In this document: positions 17,010-25,586 of the stretch, in pieces
Layout: the number at the start of each line of letters is the position of its first letter
How positions within the stretch are numbered: position 1 is the first letter of the stretch
Virus record (IMG/VR): IMGVR_UViG_3300028840_007609
DNA: 64,000 bases
Origin: a virus
Strand: one strand, 5' to 3'
Translations under genes and position numbers: made by a program
The notes under the pieces: model-generated
What the model was told of the DNA's origin: nothing
The model's input: only the letters and a program-made list of their open reading frames with translations
Databases searched by the model: none

Positions 17010-17075
17010 TTTAGTCATCTTAAATAAATTTGCGCATTTAAAATAAATTGCAGCCAAATCCATTTTGTTTCCGAT

Positions 17076-17151
17076 TTAAATATAGCTCAAATGGTAGAGC
17101 ATTGGGCTTATAACCCAAAGGTCGCGGGTTCGATTCCCGCTATTTAATCCA
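17076..17151 (+). tRNA. tRNA-Ile (anticodon UAU), CCA encoded
   Basis: Hand-folded cloverleaf. Acceptor TTAAATA/TATTTAA, D arm GCTC-AAATGGTA-GAGC, anticodon arm TTGGG-CTTATAA-CCCAA, T arm GCGGG-TTCGATT-CCCGC. Confidence 0.8.
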
Positions 17152-17175
17152 ACTATGTGGATAAAACAATGGGAC

Positions 17176-17212
17176 GGGCGGCTGCAAGGAAAGGTAGCCG
17201 CCCAACTTTTTT
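17176..17212 (+). terminator. rho-independent terminator
   Basis: GGGCGGCT / AGCCGCCC stem followed by T6. Confidence 0.75.
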
Positions 17213-17215
17213 GCT

Positions 17216-17431
17216 ATGAAAATTTTATATAAAGCCTGGTTTACAAACAGACTTGGAACTGTCGGCATTGTCGTAACAGAAAATAAAATGGGAAAAAGAA
17301 AGATCCGTGCTTCAACCCTTGGAAGGCCGACAACCGTAGAAAAAGATGCTGAATTTATAGCAAACTACGGCTTCACAATTCCTTATGATGCCTTACAGGA
17401 AATAATGGACACTGTTGATGAATCAAGATAA
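17216..17431 (+). CDS. hypothetical protein (71 aa)
   Basis: ORF track; no SD. Confidence 0.5.
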   Translation: MKILYKAWFTNRLGTVGIVVTENKMGKRKIRASTLGRPTTVEKDAEFIANYGFTIPYDALQEIMDTVDESR

Positions 17432-17843
17432 AAACAAAGAAAATTTTTTATTTTTTATATCAGAGGCCAAATACTGGATAAGTGATTTTGGCCTTTTTGA
17501 TTGGAACATACATTTTACCACGGAAGAACCTCCAAGTAATATATTAAACGACGATACTGACTTTGGATATCTTGCCTGGTACCAGGCTGTTGAATCAAAT
17601 AAAGCAGCAAGAATCGGGCTTAGCCTCGAAACAGAAAAAGATTCTCAAAAAAGCATTGCAAAAGCTGCATTTCATGAAGTATGTGAAATTTTACTACATC
17701 CGCTGGAAGGTTTTGCAAGATGTGATGCTGCACCATCAACAACAGATGCAATTATAACTGAAAAACACACTGTTATCAGAAGGCTTGAAAAAACAATATT
17801 CGAGCCGTACTGGCAAAAAAGGACATTACACCATGGGGATTGA
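17415..17843 (+). CDS. hypothetical protein with HExxH motif (142 aa)
   Basis: The HEVCEILLH motif suggests a zinc-metallopeptidase-like fold. Confidence 0.55.
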   Translation: MMNQDKNKENFLFFISEAKYWISDFGLFDWNIHFTTEEPPSNILNDDTDFGYLAWYQAVESNKAARIGLSLETEKDSQKSIAKAAFHEVCEILLHPLEGFARCDAAPSTTDAIITEKHTVIRRLEKTIFEPYWQKRTLHHGD

Positions 17844-18438
17844 ACAGCCAGCAACTTTTTATGATGGAATGTATACACGCCGCGAAAAATATTTTGGCGA
17901 CTATACGAAAAATTCATGCTTTAAATGCGGATTATGGCCGGCGGCAGTCAAGCATTTAAATAACAATGACGTTATTTTTGAAGCCGGGTGTGGATCCGGA
18001 CAATTTGCCCAGTATGTATATACAAAAGTAAAGCCAAAATCATACTTTGGCATTGATTTTAGCCCGGTTGCAATCGAACTTGCCTTAAATAAAGCCCCGC
18101 TTGGAATTTTTCTTGTTCGCGATCTTACGGATGATGACGACATCTCTTTCAGGCTCCAAAAATTCAATGTTTTTGTTGCACTGGAATTTCTGGAACACAT
18201 CAACGAAGACCTGAAAATTCTGAACAAAGTAAAAGCCCTCGACAGAAAAATCAAGGTTATTACATCTGTTCCTGATTTTAACTCAGCCGGACACGTTCGC
18301 CATTTTAAATCAGAACAAAAAATTCGCAATCGCTATGAATCGATCATAAACAACCTTGAAATTGAATATTTTGGTGGCCGATGGCTGATGATTGGAGAAA
18401 TCAATACAAAAAAAAGTCAAACTAAAATCTTCGATTGA
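17833..18438 (+). CDS. class I SAM-dependent methyltransferase
   Basis: Motif I is FEAGCGSGQFA. ORF 17785..18438; the ATG at 17833 overlaps the upstream stop. Confidence 0.8.
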   Translation: MGIEQPATFYDGMYTRREKYFGDYTKNSCFKCGLWPAAVKHLNNNDVIFEAGCGSGQFAQYVYTKVKPKSYFGIDFSPVAIELALNKAPLGIFLVRDLTDDDDISFRLQKFNVFVALEFLEHINEDLKILNKVKALDRKIKVITSVPDFNSAGHVRHFKSEQKIRNRYESIINNLEIEYFGGRWLMIGEINTKKSQTKIFD

Positions 18439-18583
18439 CAATATAGTCAGTTTTTGGCCAACAGAAGAATCTCTGTTTGAAATATTGGCTCAAATTGGGT
18501 ACACATCGGCTTATAAAATCATGGTCCCGCATGAGCCGAACAAACCAAAAGACAGAATCACAATTTTGGCATTAAATTCATGA
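18392..18583 (+). CDS. small ORF (63 aa), possible methyltransferase C-terminal remnant
   Basis: TTG start. Reached from the methyltransferase frame across an A8 run (18408-18415). Confidence 0.3.
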   Translation: MEKSIQKKVKLKSSIDNIVSFWPTEESLFEILAQIGYTSAYKIMVPHEPNKPKDRITILALNS

Positions 18584-19473
18584 AAATAGCTTTTCTGATG
18601 CGCAGCAGATGGGGTGACCGGACGCAGTTTGGCGTTGTGTCAAAGACGTGTGCAAAGCAGTTTTTCTGGGACCCTGTATCAGCGGTAAGGGATATAAACC
18701 AGTTCAATCCTGATTTTTTGTTTGTAAACAAGCAATATGATATCAATGTAATCGAAAAGCTGGTTGAAAAGTATCCCATGGCTTATTTTTTGGGAGATTA
18801 TCGCTATCCATTACCACAGAGTATCGTAAGGCTTCTAAATTATGCAAAAATAGGATTTTTTACATGGAAAAAGCCCGATATAAATAATACATGGCCAAAA
18901 ATTAAATTAGTTCACCAGGGAGCCAACCCCAACGTTTATAAGGCTAATCCAAGAATAGAAAAAAAATATGACGTTATTTTTGCAGGAAATAACTGGGGTT
19001 CAGGTCTAAGAATGCAAACAGTAACGTTTTTAAATAACAATTTCAACTTTTTAGCCATTGGTGACGGCTGGCCGAAGAACATAAATTCACTCACACGTCG
19101 TCGGGCAGGCTCAGTGCCAAGGTATTATTCCCAGGCATATATAACCGTTGGCATTATGAACAGAACAGATTTTAGTAAAAACGACGTTACACATTATACG
19201 TCAAACAGACTTTTTAACTGTATGGCCATGGGAATTCCACATATAGCTCCAAGGCAAGCTTTAGTACACACTTTGTTTAAAAAAGGCTACCAGGATTGGG
19301 CCACACATCAGGAATTAGCAGATAAAATTAATTTATTTTTAAAGAATAAAAAACACGCCAAAAATGTAGGCAGGCTGCAACGTGAAGAAGTTTTAAACAA
19401 CCACACAACACTGCACGCCTGGCTAAGAATGGAAGATAAAATCAGACAATGCCTACATTCAATGAAATCGTAA
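18580..19473 (+). CDS. glycosyltransferase-like protein (GT1/CgeB-like)
   Basis: The C-terminal pattern YDVIFAGNNWG...NRLFNCMAMGIPHIA resembles the GT-B C-domain. Call by pattern only. Confidence 0.5.
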   Translation: MKIAFLMRSRWGDRTQFGVVSKTCAKQFFWDPVSAVRDINQFNPDFLFVNKQYDINVIEKLVEKYPMAYFLGDYRYPLPQSIVRLLNYAKIGFFTWKKPDINNTWPKIKLVHQGANPNVYKANPRIEKKYDVIFAGNNWGSGLRMQTVTFLNNNFNFLAIGDGWPKNINSLTRRRAGSVPRYYSQAYITVGIMNRTDFSKNDVTHYTSNRLFNCMAMGIPHIAPRQALVHTLFKKGYQDWATHQELADKINLFLKNKKHAKNVGRLQREEVLNNHTTLHAWLRMEDKIRQCLHSMKS

Positions 19474-20270
19474 AATTTATCCAAACACTCTATAATGGAA
19501 AATGCCTTAATTTTTCTGACGATTCAAAGATTCTGCAAATATCGTCGATAAACGATGCCAACCATCCACAAACACTTACCTGGGTCAACTCAACTGAAAA
19601 ACTACAGGAAAAACCGTTTACTGCCGGCCTTGTAATAGCCCCAAAACACGCATTTTATTATGAAAAAACCATATGTGTCGACAACCCGAAATATGTCCTT
19701 GCGATGGTGCTTAAAAAATTTTTTACGAATCTTGCTGAAAACAAGCATGCAATTGCAAAAAAATCTTTTAGGATTGGAGACAACTCTAGTATTGTAAACA
19801 CTTATATGGGGACAAATTGCCACATAGGAGCAAACTGCTCAATTGGATACCCCGGGATAAACATAGCAAGGGACAATAATAATAATTTCACAGATTTTTT
19901 ACATATAGGAACAGTTGAAATTGGAGATCATGTAAAAATAGGAAATAATGTATGCATCCAGCGTGCTATATTTGGAAAAACAAGAATTTTACATTATTCA
20001 ACAATAGGCAGCCTTGTAAATATTGGACACAACTGTGAAATAGGCCGTGAAGTTGTTATAATCAATGGAGCAATTATTTGCGGCAGCGTAAAAATTGGTG
20101 ACGGTTCATGTATAGGTGCTGGGGCAATAATCAGAAATAAAGTTAAAATTGGCAAAAATGTAACTGTAGGCGCCGGTTCTGTGGTGTTGAAGGACATTCC
20201 GGACAACAAAAAAGTTATAGGCAACCCGGCACGCATAATTAAATCAACAAAGGAGTATCCTCCAAAATGA
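19449..20270 (+). CDS. hexapeptide-repeat (left-handed beta-helix) acyl/acetyltransferase
   Basis: Many [LIV]-G-x4 repeats (IGANCSIG, IGDHVKIGNNV, IGHNCEIG, IGDGSCIGAGA); GNPARI tail. Confidence 0.75.
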   Translation: MPTFNEIVKFIQTLYNGKCLNFSDDSKILQISSINDANHPQTLTWVNSTEKLQEKPFTAGLVIAPKHAFYYEKTICVDNPKYVLAMVLKKFFTNLAENKHAIAKKSFRIGDNSSIVNTYMGTNCHIGANCSIGYPGINIARDNNNNFTDFLHIGTVEIGDHVKIGNNVCIQRAIFGKTRILHYSTIGSLVNIGHNCEIGREVVIINGAIICGSVKIGDGSCIGAGAIIRNKVKIGKNVTVGAGSVVLKDIPDNKKVIGNPARIIKSTKEYPPK

Positions 20271-20767
20271 TAGATCCGACATCATGGATCGCGCCTGGCG
20301 TTAAAATCTTACGCTCAACTAATATAGGAAAATTTTGCATATTAAAATCTGGTATTTATATCGGAGAAAATTGCAATATAAAAAATTATGTTCTAATATC
20401 AGAAAATGTTTCTATTTTTAATGATGTTTTTATTGACAGTTACGTTAAATTTTCCGAAAAATGTGTTATAGGCAACAATGTAACGTTAAGATACAATGCA
20501 ACTGTGGCCAGGAATGTACGAATTTCAAACAATGTATTCATAGCACCAAATGTAATGATGATTTACGATGACTACAAATTCCATAAAAAAGGACCAACAT
20601 TGATAGGGGAAGGGGCCTTTATAGGCGCGAATTCAGTTCTGGGACCATCTGTTATTATAGGAAAAAATGTTATTATTGGTGCAATGTCTTTTGTAACAAA
20701 AAATTGTATTGAGCCAGGGACATATTTTGGAAGTCCGGCAAAATTAATCAAAAAATTAAAGAAATAA
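20267..20767 (+). CDS. hexapeptide-repeat acetyltransferase
   Basis: Repeated IGENCNI / IGNNVTL / IGANSVLG / IGKNVIIGA hexapeptides. Confidence 0.7.
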   Translation: MIDPTSWIAPGVKILRSTNIGKFCILKSGIYIGENCNIKNYVLISENVSIFNDVFIDSYVKFSEKCVIGNNVTLRYNATVARNVRISNNVFIAPNVMMIYDDYKFHKKGPTLIGEGAFIGANSVLGPSVIIGKNVIIGAMSFVTKNCIEPGTYFGSPAKLIKKLKK

Positions 20768-20768
20768 A

Positions 20769-21395
20769 ATGCTTAACAATTTTAAAAAAGTATTAGTACT
20801 GTGCCCACACCCAGACGACGAAATTGGATGTGCTGGCACTTTAAGCAGATTTTCAGCTGAATTTGAAGTAAACATGCATGCTATATTTTTTAGTCGATGT
20901 GAAGTTGAGCCGCATATATCAGGTTCTGGAAGGGAAGAAGAAGGGCGTAAAAGCATGAACGTTCTCGGCATAAAACACATTTCTTTCTGGAATCACCACG
21001 TAAGAAGCTTCTATAAAGATCGACAAATAATTCTTGAAAGACTAATCGCGAAAAAAAACGAGTTTAACCCAGACTTTATTTTGTTGCCATGTCCAAACGA
21101 TATGCATCAAGACCATGAAGTTGTTTATAAAGAAGGGTTGCGAGCATTTAAACATACAAACATTTTTGGATATGAAATGCCTCAAAACTTAAGGTTTTTT
21201 AAAAACACGGCATTTGTTGAAATCTCGCAAAAAAATCTTGACGAAAAAATAAAAGCACTGCAAAACCATAAGTCACAAATGAAAAAAACCTACATGCAAC
21301 CTGAATTTATAAAAGCCCTTGCAGTAATCAGAGGGATGCAAGCAGGCGTGCAATACGCCGAAGCATTTGATGTTATACGCCTTGTTATAAAATAA
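20769..21395 (+). CDS. PIG-L/LmbE family deacetylase
   Basis: VLCPHPDDEIGCAG and HQDH motifs. Confidence 0.85.
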   Translation: MLNNFKKVLVLCPHPDDEIGCAGTLSRFSAEFEVNMHAIFFSRCEVEPHISGSGREEEGRKSMNVLGIKHISFWNHHVRSFYKDRQIILERLIAKKNEFNPDFILLPCPNDMHQDHEVVYKEGLRAFKHTNIFGYEMPQNLRFFKNTAFVEISQKNLDEKIKALQNHKSQMKKTYMQPEFIKALAVIRGMQAGVQYAEAFDVIRLVIK

Positions 21396-21442
21396 AAAAA
21401 AACAATATACAATTTGAATAAAAAAACACTTAAAAAGGAGGA

Positions 21443-22477
21443 GTGCCTTTGAAGCCGCACCAGTTTTTAGAAACTGTCTGTCTATGCCTTGCAAATAAAT
21501 TCACATTAATGGGGGTGGGGCCGCCTGGATGCGGTAAGACTGACATCTCAATGCAGGGTATAAGAAAAATGAATGCAGATGTAATTTTAATGCACCCTGT
21601 TGTTGATGACCCTACTGACTATAAAGGATTTCCGTTTAAATTCGTAGATCCGGACACAGGTCTTGAAGCAGCTGATTTTCTGGCTTATGGAAATTTAAGA
21701 AAAATGGTAGACGCTGACAAATTAACCGGCGTCATCATGGACGATATGGGTCAGGCAGCCAAAACAGTCCAGGCAGCAGCCATGCAGCTCGTATGGGGCG
21801 GCACAATTAACGGTAAAAAAATATCAGACAAAGTATCGTTTATTATGCTGTCAAACAGGCGTCAAGACAAGGCTGCAGTTACGTCCATTCTTGAGCCTTT
21901 AAAAAACAGATCAACGATAGTGCACCTTGAAACTGATGTGGATGATTGGTGCCGCTGGGGCATAAAAACAAAACAGCCGCCGGAAAACATTGCTTTCAAT
22001 AGATTCAGGCCAAGGTTCTTGCTTGAAGGCTTTAAGGCAACTTCAGATTTTCTCAACTCAGCAACTCCAAGATCTATTGCAAGATGCGGCGAGTTTTTGA
22101 AAGCCGGCATTCCGAAAGAGATAGAATTTGAAATTTTTGAAGGAACGGCCGGGAAAGAATTTGCTTCAGAATTTATGAGCTTTTTAAGGCTATACAGAGA
22201 GTTGCCTGATATAAATTCTATAATCAGAAATCCCGAAGAATGCGAAGTCCCAACAAAAGACAGTGTGCTTTATGCTGTGTGTGAAGCCATTGCAACCCGG
22301 GCAAACAGAAAAAACTTTGACAATATTATAAAATTCAGCAAACGCATTTCTGAAGAATTTATGATGATGATGATAAGGGATTCAATTGCGCATAACAAAA
22401 ACGTCCAGGAAACCGAAAGTTTTATTCAATGGCAAATTGACCATCAAGATGTTCTGCTATTTACCGGTAATGAATAA
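21443..22477 (+). CDS. AAA+ ATPase (MoxR/CobS-like)
   Basis: Walker A is GPPGCGKT. The SD position favours a TTG start at 21449. Confidence 0.75.
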   Translation: MPLKPHQFLETVCLCLANKFTLMGVGPPGCGKTDISMQGIRKMNADVILMHPVVDDPTDYKGFPFKFVDPDTGLEAADFLAYGNLRKMVDADKLTGVIMDDMGQAAKTVQAAAMQLVWGGTINGKKISDKVSFIMLSNRRQDKAAVTSILEPLKNRSTIVHLETDVDDWCRWGIKTKQPPENIAFNRFRPRFLLEGFKATSDFLNSATPRSIARCGEFLKAGIPKEIEFEIFEGTAGKEFASEFMSFLRLYRELPDINSIIRNPEECEVPTKDSVLYAVCEAIATRANRKNFDNIIKFSKRISEEFMMMMIRDSIAHNKNVQETESFIQWQIDHQDVLLFTGNE

Positions 22478-22860
22478 TGTTCTCTTTTTCGTTTTTAAAT
22501 GAAAAAATAGGCTTAATATCAATCAACTTTGGCAAAATGAATGTTTATTTTTGGAATCATCTTCCGATAGCTTTCAGAAATGCTGCCAAAAAAGAAGTTG
22601 TTTTTAGAGAACCAGGTGGAGTAAGCCTTGAAGCGATCAATGAATTAAAATACATTTTTGATTTTTCAGGCAAATATAAATTTGTCGAAAAAGATCATCA
22701 GGGATTTCAGGCAGCCTTAAAAGAGTTTTATAAAAAAGTTATATATTCAGAATGTTCAAGGCTTACATTAAACAGAATGGGGGTAAAAAATGATAGCCCA
22801 GAAAGCAACACTGATAAGCTTAGAAATATTTCAATTAGGCCTATCGATGAAGGATCTTGA
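22477..22860 (+). CDS. hypothetical protein (127 aa)
   Basis: TAATG coupling; ORF track. Confidence 0.5.
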   Translation: MFSFSFLNEKIGLISINFGKMNVYFWNHLPIAFRNAAKKEVVFREPGGVSLEAINELKYIFDFSGKYKFVEKDHQGFQAALKEFYKKVIYSECSRLTLNRMGVKNDSPESNTDKLRNISIRPIDEGS

Positions 22861-23659
22861 GGTAACTAACGCGGCTCACAGGGCTGTCGGGATAAACAAT
22901 AAACGTGCAGGATATTATCGCAAATTCAAAATAGACAGAAATGATGTGAGGCCCATTCTTCAGGTGGCCACAGCTGCAAGGCAATACCATCGCAGAATGA
23001 CGGTTCCATGGGACAGGGGGCATTATCGTTTGTTGCCGGCCACGTTGATCTTAAAATATACGAAAACAATGAAGGAATTCAAGCACGATTTTTTTGCAAA
23101 AGTAGACGATCTTGTAGTCAGATGGCCGACTGTAATTTCGAACTGCAGAAAAAGGCTCGGTAGTACGTTTAAGCAACAGGACTACCCGGACGCAAAAAAA
23201 GTAAAAGATTTTTATTCATTTGAGACACATTTCAAACCGGTACCGCAAGATGATCATTTTATTTTGCAGGTAGAGCATTCAACCCTTGAAGAACTCAAGG
23301 AAAAATTCAACCAGGATGAAAAGAAAAACATCCAGGATGTTGTTGAGTCTTTATGGCATAGACTGTTTGACCCTGTTAAACGAATGTCTGAAATTTTAAA
23401 TGAACAGCCAAAAGGCAAAAAGCCGAAAATTTTTGATACGCTGGTTAACAACCTTGAAGATATAGTAATGGTATTGCCAGATCTAAACATCAACAATGAT
23501 CCGCAACTTACCGAAATGACAAAAAGGATAGGCGATGAACTCTGTAAATTCACGCCGGGGCAATTAAGAAAAGATGCCATGGCCAGAAAAACAACGGCAA
23601 ATGCAGCCAAGAAAATTGAAGAAGACATGTCTGCCATTATGGGACAATCGCAAATATGA
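22790..23659 (+). CDS. hypothetical protein (289 aa), possibly DUF3150-like
   Basis: Lies between the AAA+ and VWA genes, as in CobS/CobT-like phage modules. Family assignment is from memory only. Confidence 0.6.
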   Translation: MIAQKATLISLEIFQLGLSMKDLEVTNAAHRAVGINNKRAGYYRKFKIDRNDVRPILQVATAARQYHRRMTVPWDRGHYRLLPATLILKYTKTMKEFKHDFFAKVDDLVVRWPTVISNCRKRLGSTFKQQDYPDAKKVKDFYSFETHFKPVPQDDHFILQVEHSTLEELKEKFNQDEKKNIQDVVESLWHRLFDPVKRMSEILNEQPKGKKPKIFDTLVNNLEDIVMVLPDLNINNDPQLTEMTKRIGDELCKFTPGQLRKDAMARKTTANAAKKIEEDMSAIMGQSQI

Positions 23660-25137
23660 TAAAATCTTTTGAAGAAATGACAGCCAATGAAAGAATCAGA
23701 CGGGCACGAACAATGCTGGTACTTGGCACCGGAGACGAGCCGTTTTATGGTTCAATTGCGCTCGGCCTTGAACTAGTTGAATGCAATAGAATTCCAACAG
23801 GGGTAACTGATGGTAAAATTTTAATCTACAATACTGACTGGATCGAAAGTATAGATTCAATTGAAGAAGTTATGGGATTCGTTGAGCATGAAGTTTTACA
23901 CGGGGCAATGAAGCATCCACTCAGGCAGTTTGATATAGAAAAATCTACAGACTTTGATGGAGATTTGTGGTCAATGGCCTGTGATTATGCAATCAATCCA
24001 ATTCTGGTTAACAAAAACAGAAAGTTGCCAGGCAAGCCGCTTTATGAATCGAGATTTAACGACATGGCGGCCGAACGAATTTATTCCATATTATTTGAAG
24101 AAAAACAACAGCAGCAGCAGCAACAAGGACAGCATGGTTCCGGAAATAAAGGGAGTGGTGATGAAGACGGAGACGAGAATGGCCAATGTAAAAAGAAAAC
24201 GCAGGATAACAATGGCAAATCTCAAACGAATAAGAACTCTGGTTCGTCGAAGGAAAAGCCTGGAAACGGAAATTCTAAAAGTTTGTCCGGACCTAAAGAA
24301 AGCGCTGATAATAACAACCAGAACAATGAACAGAACCGTCAACAAAATAATGGAAAAGAAAAAGATCAATCAGACCTAAACAAAGCTTTAGATAATTTCA
24401 AAGATCCTGGCGGCTGCGGCGGCACAATACCGCCAATGAACATGGAGACTGAAGAGCAGCTCAAAGGAGATGAATTAAAAGATTTTAAACACGACTTTGA
24501 AAACAGGGTTGTAAACGCTGCTCGGCAGATTGAAAAAAATCAAGGCAATATTCCGGGGTTTTTAAAAGACATTGTTGAGGCGCACACTACGCCACAGGTA
24601 ACATATAAAGATCAGCTCAGGGATATCATGGAGGAAATCACAAGGGATGATTACTCAATGGCGCGGCCAAACCGCAAATTCGATGAAATCTATATTCCAA
24701 CGCTGTATGATAAAATAATTGTTGACTTGGCCATTGCGGTCGATGCCAGCGGGTCTGTGTCAAAGCATGAACAGCAGATATATGCATCTGAAATATCCGG
24801 CATTCTTGAAGAATTTCCACAAATAAAAATCGTTATTCTTTTTCATGACACTCATGTAAGACACAAACAGGAAGTAACCCCTGAAGATTTGCCGATAAAA
24901 CTTGAGATTAGGGGCGGTGGCGGCACTTCATATAAACCGGTAATAGACTATATTGAAAAAAATGGCATCGAGCCAAAAGTTCTACTTTGGTTTACAGATC
25001 TATGGGTAGGACAATACACCTACAATCAAATTAGGCCCATCCCGGACTATGAAGTTTTCTGGCTAAACACTTCGGCGCCAACAAGAAGAAGCAACCCAAC
25101 CTTTGGAACAGTAATAGATTTAGATCCAAATGCCTAA
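23656..25137 (+). CDS. VWA-domain protein with N-terminal HExxH metallopeptidase-like domain
   Basis: HEVLH motif. Q/N/G-rich linker containing a CAG repeat. MIDAS motif DASGS. Confidence 0.7.
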   Translation: MIKSFEEMTANERIRRARTMLVLGTGDEPFYGSIALGLELVECNRIPTGVTDGKILIYNTDWIESIDSIEEVMGFVEHEVLHGAMKHPLRQFDIEKSTDFDGDLWSMACDYAINPILVNKNRKLPGKPLYESRFNDMAAERIYSILFEEKQQQQQQQGQHGSGNKGSGDEDGDENGQCKKKTQDNNGKSQTNKNSGSSKEKPGNGNSKSLSGPKESADNNNQNNEQNRQQNNGKEKDQSDLNKALDNFKDPGGCGGTIPPMNMETEEQLKGDELKDFKHDFENRVVNAARQIEKNQGNIPGFLKDIVEAHTTPQVTYKDQLRDIMEEITRDDYSMARPNRKFDEIYIPTLYDKIIVDLAIAVDASGSVSKHEQQIYASEISGILEEFPQIKIVILFHDTHVRHKQEVTPEDLPIKLEIRGGGGTSYKPVIDYIEKNGIEPKVLLWFTDLWVGQYTYNQIRPIPDYEVFWLNTSAPTRRSNPTFGTVIDLDPNA

Positions 25138-25411
25138 ATTTCAATTGTTTAAACCGCGCGGAAAACTTCAGCCCGGTACCCAAATAATATACATGCCAAC
25201 CATGGAGACTGGCTTTGTTACAAGCCAACAAAAATCTCATGCTTACGCAAGCCCATGTATTGCGTATTTTTGCAGATTTTTCAGAGGTAATTCAAGCGAG
25301 CTAAGAACCACAAGCAGCTCGGAATTGTGCAATGAAAAAGATCTTTATGTAGCAGTAACACGTGAGCAGAAAATAATTGACGATCTTATGGAAAAAATAG
25401 GATATAAGTGA
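25130..25411 (+). CDS. hypothetical protein (93 aa)
   Basis: ORF track. Confidence 0.55.
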   Translation: MPKFQLFKPRGKLQPGTQIIYMPTMETGFVTSQQKSHAYASPCIAYFCRFFRGNSSELRTTSSSELCNEKDLYVAVTREQKIIDDLMEKIGYK

Positions 25412-25523
25412 ATCAAAGAAAAACTTGAAATATCGAAAAACCTTGTGTCATCTTCAAATCGATTATGAACTTGGAGAAAAGGAAAAACCCCCAAATCCAA
25501 GTGTTTTCGGACTTGAGGGCATT

Positions 25524-25586
25524 GAAAGCTTGGTTACCGACTAAGAAAGCTTGGTCGCTGACTAAGAAAGCTTGGTCACTGACTAA
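25524..25586. repeat. 3 x 21-bp tandem repeat (GAAAGCTTGGTNNCNGACTAA)
   Basis: Read directly from the sequence. Each unit carries a TAG in the portal frame on the minus strand. Confidence 0.9.

Noticed and set aside
16790-17020. attP-type tRNA fragment or integration scar
   Set aside because: No integrase is in the window. The 3'-half-then-5'-half order with a perfectly complementary acceptor pair and a helix-extending hairpin is not what an att site leaves behind. Decay of tandem tRNA copies remains a formal alternative.
25524-25586. CRISPR array (also considered for 46847-46888 and 38836-39453)
   Set aside because: These are directly abutting tandem repeats with no spacers. The units are too short or are coding, and there are no cas genes.
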